DNA from: Bdellovibrionota bacterium | Lineage (GTDB): Bacteria > Bdellovibrionota_C > UBA2361 > OMII01 | Direction of reading: 5' to 3' | DNA: 40,484 bases | Assembly (NCBI GenBank): GCA_044345405.1 | Contig: JBIJBE010000035.1 | Span: 1 to 40,484 of the forward strand | Part shown: positions 9,838 through 19,382 of the stretch, one piece after another | Numbering within the stretch: position 1 is the stretch's first letter | Layout of the letters: every line of letters starts with the position of its first letter | Program-made: the position numbers and the translations under genes | Notes under the pieces: model-generated | The model's database searches: none | What the model saw: only the letters and a program-made list of their open reading frames with translations | Told to the model about the DNA's origin: nothing

Positions 9838-10683
9838 TTACGCTACGGCAGCTCCACCCTCAGTTACGTTACCAACGAGCTTAGCCTCAGCGCGCTTCTC
9901 AGCGCCGTTCTGTTGCTCGCTACCTGGAACGCGTGCCTTGTAGATAGCGCGTCCCTCAAGAACAGCGTCAGCAGCCGCCGAGAGGAAGAGCTTCAACGTA
10001 CGAGCTGCGTCGTCGTTTGATGGGATCGGGAAGTTTACAGCTCCTGGATCAGCGTTCGTATCAACGAGCGCTACAACCGGGATATGAAGGCGGTTAGCCT
10101 CAGCGATCGCGATCTGCTCCTTCACAACGTCAACGAGGAAGATTACATCTGGAACCTTCTTCATGTTGCGGATACCACCGAGGTTAGCCTCAAGCTTCTC
10201 AACCTGACGGCTGATGTCGAGACGCTCCTTCTTAGTGATACGGATCTTGGAGCCTTCCTGAGCTGACTCAGCGAGGAGGTTCTCCATCTTGCGCATACGC
10301 TCAATTGAGTTCTTGATCGTCTGGAAGTTGCTCAAGCAACCACCGAGCCATCGCGAAGCGATGTAGAAAGCTCCACAACGTGAAGCCTCTTCCTTTACGA
10401 TATCCTTAGCTTGGAGCTTCGTAGCTACGAAGAGAACGTTTCCACCGAGAGCGACGCGGTCAACGATGTACTTGCGAGCTACTTCCCACTTCTTGAGGGT
10501 GAGGTCGAGGTTGATGATGTGAACACCATTTCGAGCGCCGTAGATGTACGGAAGCATCTTTGGGTTCCAACGCTGGGTCTGGTGACCGTAGTGAGCGCCG
10601 GCATCCATAAGGGTGCGGATGGTTACTGGGGTGCCTGGCTCGATAGCCGCAGGCGTAGCTGTAGCGGTATTTTTCGTACTCAT
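9838..10683 (-). CDS. rpsB: 30S ribosomal protein S2
   Basis: AGAHYGHQTQRWNPKM, IINL, RWLGG.LSN, VDTNADP, IPSNDDA. Confidence 0.99.
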   Translation of the reverse strand: MSTKNTATATPAAIEPGTPVTIRTLMDAGAHYGHQTQRWNPKMLPYIYGARNGVHIINLDLTLKKWEVARKYIVDRVALGGNVLFVATKLQAKDIVKEEASRCGAFYIASRWLGGCLSNFQTIKNSIERMRKMENLLAESAQEGSKIRITKKERLDISRQVEKLEANLGGIRNMKKVPDVIFLVDVVKEQIAIAEANRLHIPVVALVDTNADPGAVNFPIPSNDDAARTLKLFLSAAADAVLEGRAIYKARVPGSEQQNGAEKRAEAKLVGNVTEGGAAVA

Positions 10684-10701
10684 TCTATCCTTTACGTCTT
10701 A

Positions 10702-10795
10702 GTTTGACCTCCCCGCCCGATATACCGAAAGCAAAAGGTACCTTATTTCTAAGGAGAACCTCTCGCCCTCAAGCACTAAGACCGATGCGGGTGCG
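10702..10795 (-). promoter_or_regulatory. Probable S2 autoregulatory leader structure
   Basis: Minus strand CGCACCCGCATCGG...GGGCGGGGAGGTCAAAC resembles the rpsB leader layout (CAC..GC...GUGUGGAGG..AAC). A candidate promoter TTGGCA-N18-TATAGG lies at 10840-10811. Confidence 0.5.
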
Positions 10796-11007
10796 ATAAG
10801 TTAGCGGTACCCTATAGCATCTTTGGACTCGTACTGCCAACTGTCCCCCTCCTTTTCCTGCCCTAGGATGAGACTAAGGATCGAGGAACTGATAAAATCC
10901 GGTAGTTTTTCGGCGTTTGGCACCTATTCCTACACGTTTCAGGGCTCTTTTTTCCGAGGATAGGCCTTCGCCATAAACTATTTTTACTAGCAATTGTAGG
11001 TAGTTAT

Positions 11008-11808
11008 ATGCAAAAGCTTATTCATCTCGTTATGGACTATGCCGCCGGCGACCTCGCCTGCGCGGAGGTGGTATCGGCCCTTGCCGCCCAGATTCCAGCC
11101 GACTACCACTGGCATATCACCTCAGTGAATAGCTTCGACACCGTTTCCACGGGGTTCGTCGTGGCTCAGCTCGGCAACCAGTCCGAGGCCCGACGTCCAA
11201 AGGACACCCTCATCTACGCGAACTGCGCCCCTCGTAAGGATCGGCGCGAAGCTCGCACCAACAACGAGGGCGAGGGGTTCCTCTACGGTATCCTGAACAG
11301 CGGCGTTGGGATCATGGCTGTTAACTCCGGCTACTCCCTCTCCTTCGTCCGCGAAGAGCTCAAGGAGCTGTGGGCGATCAAGGTCGACGTTGGAGGATCT
11401 CAGTTCCGCTCCCGCGACAACTTCCCAAAACTCGTCGGCATGGCGGCTCGTGGCGAGAAGGACTTCCTGATTGAGCAGCTCGATCCGATGAAGGTGATCG
11501 CGCCACCTCCCGCGTCGGCGATCGGGTACGTCGATTCGTTCGGCAACTTGAAGACCACTATCAGAGATGGAGACCCTTTGGTCACGAACCTCGAACCAGG
11601 GCAACGAGTTCGCGTTATAATCAACGACGTTGAGATGGCAGCGACCGTCGCGGCGGGAAGCTTCAACGTTCAGGAGGGAGATATCGCGTTCTCCCCTGGA
11701 TCGAGCGGCCACGAGAGAAAGTACTGGGAGATCTTCCAGCGCGGAGGATCGGCGTGGCATACGTATAAGAAGCCACGACCTGGATCGGTGATAACCATAA
11801 AGGCATAG
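11008..11808 (+). CDS. SAM-dependent halogenase / SAM hydroxide adenosyltransferase (DUF62) family protein, divergent subfamily
   Basis: N-terminal MDYAAGD (TDFG..D-like), SQFRSRDNFP (TFHGRD.FAP-like), YVDSFGNLKT (YIDHFGN), and C-terminal PGSSG...EIF..GGSA. Confidence 0.8.
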   Translation: MQKLIHLVMDYAAGDLACAEVVSALAAQIPADYHWHITSVNSFDTVSTGFVVAQLGNQSEARRPKDTLIYANCAPRKDRREARTNNEGEGFLYGILNSGVGIMAVNSGYSLSFVREELKELWAIKVDVGGSQFRSRDNFPKLVGMAARGEKDFLIEQLDPMKVIAPPPASAIGYVDSFGNLKTTIRDGDPLVTNLEPGQRVRVIINDVEMAATVAAGSFNVQEGDIAFSPGSSGHERKYWEIFQRGGSAWHTYKKPRPGSVITIKA

Positions 11809-11829
11809 TGGGTTCTCGTAGCGGAGCGC

Positions 11830-11974
11830 CCTATCGATGAAGCATCGATACCTCCACTAGTCATACGGCCCGCGAGGACGCGGGCCCTACCGGCCATGAT
11901 GGGTAGGGCCCGACTCCTGGCGGGCCGTATCGTGTGCCTATCGATGAAGATTGATACCTCAATCCGTCACACGG
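11830..11974. repeat. GTAG-type REP doublet (REPIN/BIME-like) flanked by a ~38-nt direct repeat
   Basis: Arms 11863-11891 and 11902-11930 are inverted and 26/29 identical (GGTAGGGCCCG..TCCT.GCGGGCCGTAT). The direct repeat CCTATCGATGAAG(C)AT[C/T]GATACCTC... starts at 11830 and 11937. Confidence 0.85.
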
Positions 11975-12093
11975 ATAACCAGAGGTGGTCTAAACCAATC
12001 CAACGCACCCGGACCTCGAACCGCTTAAGGCACAAAGCACCGCAAACAGGCCATATCCACAATACATCGATATACGGGTAGAAGCGCTTAAAC

Positions 12094-12135
12094 ACCGCTC
12101 CTTGGTCACGTCCCTCGACGTCAGCAAGGAGCGGT
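12094..12135. other. Intergenic hairpin
   Basis: ACCGCTCCTTG...ACGTC-CCTC-GACGT...CAAGGAGCGGT with an 11-bp perfect outer stem. Confidence 0.55.
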
Positions 12136-12290
12136 AGCACCAAGAAATGTTTTCGTTCTTTCCGCGATCACGACATGGGCAGGATCTCTAGAGCACATCA
12201 CGGTGTCCTCTTCGATCTTGCCCAGACCGTCACGACTAACACCTACGTTATTCGAGTACGGCGGTCTCCGAGATCGCAACATAGAAGGAA

Positions 12291-12689
12291 ATGACATTAG
12301 ACCTCACATATGCAATCGCAATATCGTTGTATGCCCTATTCGCATACGCCGTAACACTGACGGTATTCTCAGTGATACCGATGCCAGCGGAACCGAGCCG
12401 CGCTCTCATACTCGCCAGACGAGTATGGGTCGCGGGCATTACCGTCGCACTGATCCTAGTACCCGGAGTGATGCAGCTCTTGCTCGCGGCACATCCGGCC
12501 TACTACTCAGTTGGAGTGGTTATCATCCTCTTCAAGCTCTTCCGAAAGGGAGACCCTTTGAAGGGTATGTTGTCGATGAGTCTGTTGGCATCAACGCTGA
12601 TCCTCAGCGGCTGCCTCCAGCGACACGAGGCCGAAATTCTGGGTTATGTGCGACACGCAATCGCGCAGCCTGGTTTTCTCGGTTTCTGA
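12291..12689 (+). CDS. Hypothetical membrane protein (about 4 TM)
   Basis: AGAAGGA RBS before the ATG; four hydrophobic segments. Confidence 0.7.
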   Translation: MTLDLTYAIAISLYALFAYAVTLTVFSVIPMPAEPSRALILARRVWVAGITVALILVPGVMQLLLAAHPAYYSVGVVIILFKLFRKGDPLKGMLSMSLLASTLILSGCLQRHEAEILGYVRHAIAQPGFLGF

Positions 12690-12887
12690 CCAGCGATATG
12701 AATGAGGGGAGCACAGCGATAGAACCCTATCCTGTGCTCCCCCGTTCTAAAGTTGTCACCTAAGGTTCTTATTGGTGCTATCGCTCTCCCTCCCCCCGCA
12801 ACGAGACCGAATATCGCCTCGACCGCCTTCAAGACGTTGGACGAACACACTCCACACAGGTACACTCACAAGGTGCGAGGAGAGACG

Positions 12888-13979
12888 GTGTCGACATCAC
12901 ACATTCAACAACTTGAAGACTACCTCGCCACGAGCCTGCTCTCGGGCGTGGGCGCCGCCCAACACCAAGCCGGAAAGGTCAGCAAGCACGAGCTCGCTCC
13001 GTTCTTGTCCGAGATATCAGCGATATCAGCCTCGTACCTTTCTCACGACGTAGGATCGAAGCTCTCCTCTCCGATCAAGAGCGTTCGCTCAGCAGAAGCG
13101 TACGCTCTCTACTACTCGGTCATCAACGCCGCGAAGATGCTTCATCTGCTTCCCACCATCACCTTCGATAAGGAGGAGATATCGGTACTCGACCTCGGAT
13201 CCGGACCAGGAACCGCGGGACTCGCCCTCCTAACCGCGCTCAACAAACGAATCAACCTCACCTGCGTCGAACACTCACCACACATGCGTAACGTCGCCGA
13301 GCGCCTCCTCTCTCGATACAAGGGCGCCGGCACCCTCTCGAAGCTATTAAGCGTGCCATCCCTTCCATCACGATCCACCACCACCTACGATCTCGTGATC
13401 GCGGCGAACGTTGTGGCGGAGCTCGACACGGCAGAGGGTGAGCGCACGATGCGATCGCTCGCTGAGATGACCGCCCCTGGCGGATACCTCGTCGTGATCG
13501 AGCCGGGACAACAACTCCATACGCGCCGCCTCATGCACCTACGAGATTCCCTTCTCAGCGAAACCTCGGAGATGGCGCCCCTCTTTCCCTGCTTACGGCG
13601 AGATCCATGTCCGATGCTTGCCACATCTGAAACCGATTGGTGTCACGGCACGATTGAGTGGCGACAACCGCGCCTCAACGCGCACCTCGACGACCTCCTC
13701 TCCTTCAACAAACATAGGATCAAGTACTCAGCGTTTATCTTTCAACGTGGCGGCGTAACGCCCGCCGGCATCAGAGTACTAACCCCTCCCCAGAAATCGA
13801 GAGTGGGCATCGAGACCCTGGTGTGTGGCGACAATACGTTTGGGATCGTGCGCATTAGAAAGGGGGCTCGTTCCGAACGGAACCGTGCGCTTGAGAAGGC
13901 CTCCGTGTTTGATCGACTGCTTGTGTCTGACTACCTGCAAGGCGAATCCACGGACGAGGTTTCTTTTTCTAAGCCGTAG
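12888..13979 (+). CDS. Rsm22/METTL17-family SAM-dependent methyltransferase
   Basis: AYALYY, VLDLGSGPGT, YDLVIAANV, LVVIEPG, PC-x5-CP-x9-CH, KYSAF. Start moved to GTG 12888, which follows a GAGGAG RBS. Confidence 0.8.
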   Translation: MSTSHIQQLEDYLATSLLSGVGAAQHQAGKVSKHELAPFLSEISAISASYLSHDVGSKLSSPIKSVRSAEAYALYYSVINAAKMLHLLPTITFDKEEISVLDLGSGPGTAGLALLTALNKRINLTCVEHSPHMRNVAERLLSRYKGAGTLSKLLSVPSLPSRSTTTYDLVIAANVVAELDTAEGERTMRSLAEMTAPGGYLVVIEPGQQLHTRRLMHLRDSLLSETSEMAPLFPCLRRDPCPMLATSETDWCHGTIEWRQPRLNAHLDDLLSFNKHRIKYSAFIFQRGGVTPAGIRVLTPPQKSRVGIETLVCGDNTFGIVRIRKGARSERNRALEKASVFDRLLVSDYLQGESTDEVSFSKP

Positions 13980-14060
13980 CGTTGAGGCACAGTCCTCAGT
14001 AGCGGATCCGATGCCAAATCCATCTCCGCTAGCGAACTTCCGTACTCACTCGTATCACGC

Positions 14061-14933
14061 CTACGTCCCGAAGCAGTGGTCGTACACCCCCGGTTGAAAC
14101 AACGAAAACCGCTCCTCCAAGAGGTACTCAACAGGAGGCGAAGTCCTAAGTTTATCGAGGATCGGAGCGATCTGCCCCTGTGAGTTGTACGCCTCGACAG
14201 CGGCGACCTTAATCGAAAGCGCGTGCGCGTCTCCCACGATCCGGATGTTGGGCTGATGAGAATCAGCGAAGGGGCAATACACACAGTGCCAGTAGAGACA
14301 CGGCGGGCGATCGATCTTCTCGCCGCACTCAGGCCAGATACCGCCGATAGCGTGAAAGATCGAGATCGGGATCTCGCGGGCCACGGCGACGTGATCTTGG
14401 TGATAATCAGCCGCGCTTGGCACAAAGATCCGCGTCGGAGCGACCGACGTGCCGTTGATCAATGTCCGTCGACGGAGCTCTCGAACGAAATGGTTCTCAA
14501 GCCCAGTGAATCCGTGATCATCGGTCGGATCGCCCGGCTTCGCCACCTGGCGTCCGTAGTAGTTCTGCAATCCGCCATCCGGAAAATTGAGGAAGACGAT
14601 ATCGGAGCGAGCGACGCCGAGCAGCTCATACGAGGCGTAGGTCTCCTCCACCCTGCGCGCCACGATCGTTGGTTTATCCTGAAGGGAGACGTACCCGTTC
14701 TGTCCATCGGTCACGACGACAATTCGGACCGGGATCCCCTCGCGACGTGCCTCGCGGATTACCATGCCGAGGCTGATAACCGAATCATCGTCGTGGGGAG
14801 CGAAGAAGAGAAACGATTCTCGACCGGGCTGCCAATCGGTAAAAACATCAGCGAACCTTCTTCCCTGTGCCGCGATAGCGGTACCGTGTTCGCTTCGGTG
14901 TTGAAAGAGCAACGCTCCCGTTGATTGAGTCAT
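14061..14933 (-). CDS. PIG-L/LmbE family deacetylase
   Basis: APHDDD, VTDG, R..E, FPDG, DYHQDH, AYNSQ; GAGG-like RBS upstream. Confidence 0.9.
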   Translation of the reverse strand: MTQSTGALLFQHRSEHGTAIAAQGRRFADVFTDWQPGRESFLFFAPHDDDSVISLGMVIREARREGIPVRIVVVTDGQNGYVSLQDKPTIVARRVEETYASYELLGVARSDIVFLNFPDGGLQNYYGRQVAKPGDPTDDHGFTGLENHFVRELRRRTLINGTSVAPTRIFVPSAADYHQDHVAVAREIPISIFHAIGGIWPECGEKIDRPPCLYWHCVYCPFADSHQPNIRIVGDAHALSIKVAAVEAYNSQGQIAPILDKLRTSPPVEYLLEERFSLFQPGVYDHCFGT

Positions 14934-15523
14934 AGAGGAACTCCTGTACGAACCAGTCTATGCGTCGTGTGGTGGGATACGGAGCCAGAACGACGCGCAG
15001 AACAGATGCTAAAGCCCACACGCTGGACATACAAGCGTAAATCTCTCGAATGAGAACCGCTTACCTATCCGTCGGATCCTATATTTCGGAAAATATTTCA
15101 TACCGCACCACCGAGATGAGGCCAGCGGCTCGATTACATTCCTCGTAATATATCGGTTTAGAAACGGTCAACTCTTGGAATATCTCCCCGCCCCAAAATG
15201 TCAGACCCTTAGGCGTGGCAAACACGGCATTCGAGGGCCCCGGTCCAGCAATCAGGGAAGAATTCCTTAGAAACGAACCAGCTCATGCACCCTCACTCAT
15301 CCGACACAAAGTGGCTCGATACCACCAATGACCGAGAAAAAACACGCGTCCATACAGATGAGATCCGCTGCGTATTGCTCCTCCCCCCTAGGAAACTAAA
15401 CGCTACAACGCGAACCTCGTAAGGATCTGAAACGGGGCCAAGCACTCCCGTCGATCATTTCCGATGCAACATGCTGGAGTACAACCCCAATAACGATAGC
15501 AAAGGTTTTTTATGAGGTAGGTT

Positions 15524-17071
15524 ATGCCGATTCAAGACACACATACCCGACGTGATTCTCTCGGAAGAACATTCCACACACCAACTCACGATCTTAAAGA
15601 CGGCTCCCTTCACGGCGACAGGACAGCTATCCGGTCAGCTTTCATGAGACGAGATGAGCGAAAGGGAGCTGAGCTCTTAAACGACCGGAACTTCGGAAAG
15701 GGTCGAGAGAGCGGGCAAGCGCCACTTGATGGATCGCGCATGAAGCACGGCACCGCTCTCAAAGCCACCGAGCGAATCTTCCCCCTCGCGGAGTTGGACC
15801 AGAAGACACGCACGGATCTCGTTACCCTCTTTCAAAATCCCGCCGTCGTTCGCGCCTTTGTTACGAATCCCGACAAAACCATACAAACTATCACCTCAAC
15901 CTTGCCGCACCTGCGCGTCCCCTTAGAGAAGCACGCGCCCTTCTCACACAAGGGCGACAATCTTGAAATAAACACTGAGAGCAAAATGTTTACAACGATC
16001 CAGCGAGAGATCGCCTCCGGAATACCGTCCGCCGAGTTATGCAGAGTGAGCGCTCTCAAGGACTCGCTCGACCACCTCCTGGCCGCTGGTTTTGGAAGCG
16101 CGGCAGGTAGTGAGATGGCGAGCTACAAACTTCTCAGGAGCTTTGCCGAAGGAGGGCCACTCGCGACCGCCACACTCCGCGCAGCTCAACGGCTCGACTC
16201 AGCGATGGATTCACAACGAGCTCGAGCTGACCTCGCGATTGTGCGTGGACTTTCGCGACCCGCTCCGGAAGGTGATCAGGTCGCGATGATTTCTGTGAAG
16301 TCACTCCAGCCCGCGTCCGCACCACAGGTTGCTCCACTTCAAGCAGACCCAGCGGTGGTACATCCGTCATCTCCTCAAGCACCGATTCAACCTAGGGGTG
16401 AGGCAATCGCGCCTACGGTGCCAGCGCTCGAAGCCTCACCATCTCTCCGGGTCGACCCACCCGCACCGCCGGTGCCCGAGATACGACCGACATTCATCCC
16501 TCCTCACGGGGTGACTTCGCAACCGACTCCCGTCACCGAGCCGACGACTCGCGCAGACACCGCTGCAACGCCAACCCTCACACCTCCACTCCCCGCCGCT
16601 CTCTCACCTGAGGTAAAATCCTCCACAACGACACAGGTCACCGTAGAGGCAGCGACCCCTGCCCCTGTGACCTCAGTGGAGCTCACCCCCACCATGAAAC
16701 GCCTTGTCGATGTGGTCAACAACAGCACCCTCGACCGACAGATCGGTAGTCCTCGCAACAATCCGATCCTAGAGTTTTCGGATCGAGATCACGACATACT
16801 GAAAGGTATGCTCACCGATCCCGCCACGAAACGGGAACTCCTTGGCTACTCGGACGCCGAGATTAAAGCGGGCTTTGAAGCGGTGCGCCCTGAGCGCATA
16901 AAATACCTAGAGGAGTGGCTCGCGATGAACCATCGAAACGCTATCAATCATCCCGGATTCGCCCGGTCGATGGCCGGAATTACACCAACAGACACGAATC
17001 GAATTGGACAGGTCGTTGGAATCGCGCGCGAGGTCGCGAGAGGGAAGTCACAGATACTGGCGCATGAGTAG
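15524..17071 (+). CDS. Hypothetical protein with a long Pro/Thr/Ala-rich central linker
   Basis: 515-aa ORF with GAGGTAGG RBS; two predicted helical regions separated by ~130 aa of low complexity; no family recognised. Confidence 0.75.
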   Translation: MPIQDTHTRRDSLGRTFHTPTHDLKDGSLHGDRTAIRSAFMRRDERKGAELLNDRNFGKGRESGQAPLDGSRMKHGTALKATERIFPLAELDQKTRTDLVTLFQNPAVVRAFVTNPDKTIQTITSTLPHLRVPLEKHAPFSHKGDNLEINTESKMFTTIQREIASGIPSAELCRVSALKDSLDHLLAAGFGSAAGSEMASYKLLRSFAEGGPLATATLRAAQRLDSAMDSQRARADLAIVRGLSRPAPEGDQVAMISVKSLQPASAPQVAPLQADPAVVHPSSPQAPIQPRGEAIAPTVPALEASPSLRVDPPAPPVPEIRPTFIPPHGVTSQPTPVTEPTTRADTAATPTLTPPLPAALSPEVKSSTTTQVTVEAATPAPVTSVELTPTMKRLVDVVNNSTLDRQIGSPRNNPILEFSDRDHDILKGMLTDPATKRELLGYSDAEIKAGFEAVRPERIKYLEEWLAMNHRNAINHPGFARSMAGITPTDTNRIGQVVGIAREVARGKSQILAHE

Positions 17072-17657
17072 TGTCGCATCGGCGAGCTCCCGTCCGAAGC
17101 GACCCTCCTGACCAACAAGATGGTGGCAGACGAAACAACCGCGAGCATCCCCTCGTCTCGTTACGACGTCACGCCGCCGCAGGATTGTCCCGAACCCGAA
17201 GACTTCGGCTCTCCTCGATCTACGCTGGGCAGTGATAGAGGCGTTGCCGCGGCAGCATAATCATCATCCTCGATCGGATCGAGCGCGTCGAACAAGTTGA
17301 AATGGGAATTCGGCTAAAAAGAAGAAGAGAACCAGCAGCCAGCTATCCGTCCGTACGAGCACGGTGGTACGTAAGCGACCTCGTAGAAACGACATCGCCC
17401 CGCTCTGAACCTCGGTTCCCTTGCGCCCCCAACTCAAACGCCTCTATGACCGAAACACTTGTTCGTATCAGGCCGATTAGGAATAAATCGAGAAGCGACC
17501 TCCCCTAACCCCTTGATGATACGGCAATTGCAAGGACAATTTCCCCCACGCACATTGGACTATCCCCCCCTAAATCGATACAACCAACAGATACAAAAAG
17601 TGAGGGGCCGCTCTCAATTGTGAATATACTGCGGCTGCTCATCTGGGAACGACGTGT

Positions 17658-19271
17658 ATGCAAACTATAATAAACCTCGTGACACGATGCGCCGTGACAG
17701 TCGCCGTAGGGTTAGTAACCGTCTCGTCGGCGTGGTCCGCGAACTTTGAGAAGTTTAGCTGCGCGACTATCCCAAACACGAAGCAGAGGACCTACAACAC
17801 CCAGGTCACCTGCACAGCTACTATCGCTCGACCGGGAACCAAGAAGTGGTATTCCGCGGTTGCCCAAGATTGTCCCACCTTCTGCGCGGGAGTGGGTGGA
17901 TACAATACTCCATCTCCAGACGGCTTCAGCTGCGTGTCGGGAGAGGTTCGCGGATGGTCAGCGATCGGTGTGGTTAACTTCGCTCCAACTGGATGCTGGC
18001 ACGATTGTGGTCAGCCAGAGGGCCGCCCTGGCTCGATAAGCGTTGGATACCGGTGCTACTCACCAGGCCAAAAGAGAGACAACGATCGCACGGATATGAC
18101 CCTGGGATGCTTCTGCGCCACGGGCGATATCGGTTCTACACCGATTGAGGTTGGAATTCACGGTTCAGGCAGCGCGTCGGTTTCCGGAGCCTCGTCCAAA
18201 TTATCGGGCTGGGAGAGCGTAATTCGTAGCGTGATGAACGATGTGCCGGGCCGCATGTTCGATGTACTCGGTTCCGTTCCTCTCGCTGGTTCATCCAAGC
18301 TCGATATGGTCGTGAACGTGAAGGGCGCCTGCGGAACCTCCGCGCAGCTGAGTGGCACTATCGCCCATCCGAATAATAGTCTCGTGAGATCCCCAGAGGT
18401 ATGGATCTCCCTTCCTTCGTGCGTGTCTCAGTGCGCGGATGGGATCGACAACGATGGCGACGGAGCGGTCGATTATCCGGCGGACACGGGATGCGGTAGC
18501 GCTCAAGATGATGACGAGACAAATCCGGCTCTTCCTCGGGTAACTCCTATCGCCGAGTGCGTGGATCTTAATCAAGACGGCTCGCTCGTAGCGCACTTCG
18601 GCTATCAGAACGACGCCTCAAGCGCCGTAGAGGTAGCTATTGGTGGGACCAACTACATGACTCCGGGAGCGGCGAATCGCGGCCAGCCGACGACCTTCGT
18701 TACAGGTCGTATCAGCAACGCCTTCACGGTCACGATTCCTTCTACCCAGACTTTGACATGGATTGTCGGGACTACATCAGCCGCGGCGGGAATCGCGACG
18801 CAACGATGTCAGACCAGCCCGCTCGGCTGCGTGGATACGGACAACTCCAACAACCTCAGCGCGCTCGACAGCACAGCTCGCGCGCAGCGCACTAACATTC
18901 GTCGGCTTTCGGCGAGGATCTTGAGCGTTCAGTCGACCGGCGCCACCGCGGCGAAAGCCGAGTCCTACAAGCAGCTCGCTCAGAGCCTCTACCTTGAGCA
19001 ATGGGCGGAGATTTGGGGGTCTTTCCCGAAGGTATCACGGAACTGCACCTCGTGCGCCTCTGTCGATATGAGCGCTGAGATCACAGACATCAACACCCGC
19101 GCCCAGCGGATGAACCGCGTCGCTCGTCAAGCGTCTGCGCTCTTGAAGGATGTTCGACGTGGACGCCTTCGTAGAGATGAGCAGGTATTGGTTAGTGACG
19201 CGTCAGATCTCTATGATAGCTTCGTCCAGCTCTCTCAAAATCTCCCACGATTTGAGAGTAAGTGTAACTAA
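17658..19271 (+). CDS. Secreted Cys-rich multidomain protein with a CxDGxDNDGDG Ca-binding-type repeat
   Basis: Signal peptide ending AWS-A; Cys-rich N-terminal domain; QCADGIDNDGDGAVDYPADTGC; VTPIAECV...AHFGY.N module; helical C-terminal domain ending in C. Confidence 0.85.
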   Translation: MQTIINLVTRCAVTVAVGLVTVSSAWSANFEKFSCATIPNTKQRTYNTQVTCTATIARPGTKKWYSAVAQDCPTFCAGVGGYNTPSPDGFSCVSGEVRGWSAIGVVNFAPTGCWHDCGQPEGRPGSISVGYRCYSPGQKRDNDRTDMTLGCFCATGDIGSTPIEVGIHGSGSASVSGASSKLSGWESVIRSVMNDVPGRMFDVLGSVPLAGSSKLDMVVNVKGACGTSAQLSGTIAHPNNSLVRSPEVWISLPSCVSQCADGIDNDGDGAVDYPADTGCGSAQDDDETNPALPRVTPIAECVDLNQDGSLVAHFGYQNDASSAVEVAIGGTNYMTPGAANRGQPTTFVTGRISNAFTVTIPSTQTLTWIVGTTSAAAGIATQRCQTSPLGCVDTDNSNNLSALDSTARAQRTNIRRLSARILSVQSTGATAAKAESYKQLAQSLYLEQWAEIWGSFPKVSRNCTSCASVDMSAEITDINTRAQRMNRVARQASALLKDVRRGRLRRDEQVLVSDASDLYDSFVQLSQNLPRFESKCN

Positions 19272-19382
19272 GGACACCAGCACCTCGTACATGTGGCGGC
19301 AAACGCTTCTTCTTTCTTGGAGCCGGCACCGGCGCCCGGAGGACAGGGGTCTGTACCGCTCAGTTTAGTACGGATACATGGC

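Noticed and set aside
885-10707. Long plus-strand ORFs such as 885-1664, 5084-5923 and 8562-9758
   Set aside because: Antisense shadows of highly conserved housekeeping genes.
15210-15260. GGCAAAC, suggesting a c-di-GMP-I riboswitch
   Set aside because: The GAAA tetraloop stem and the GACGCAAAGC element are absent.
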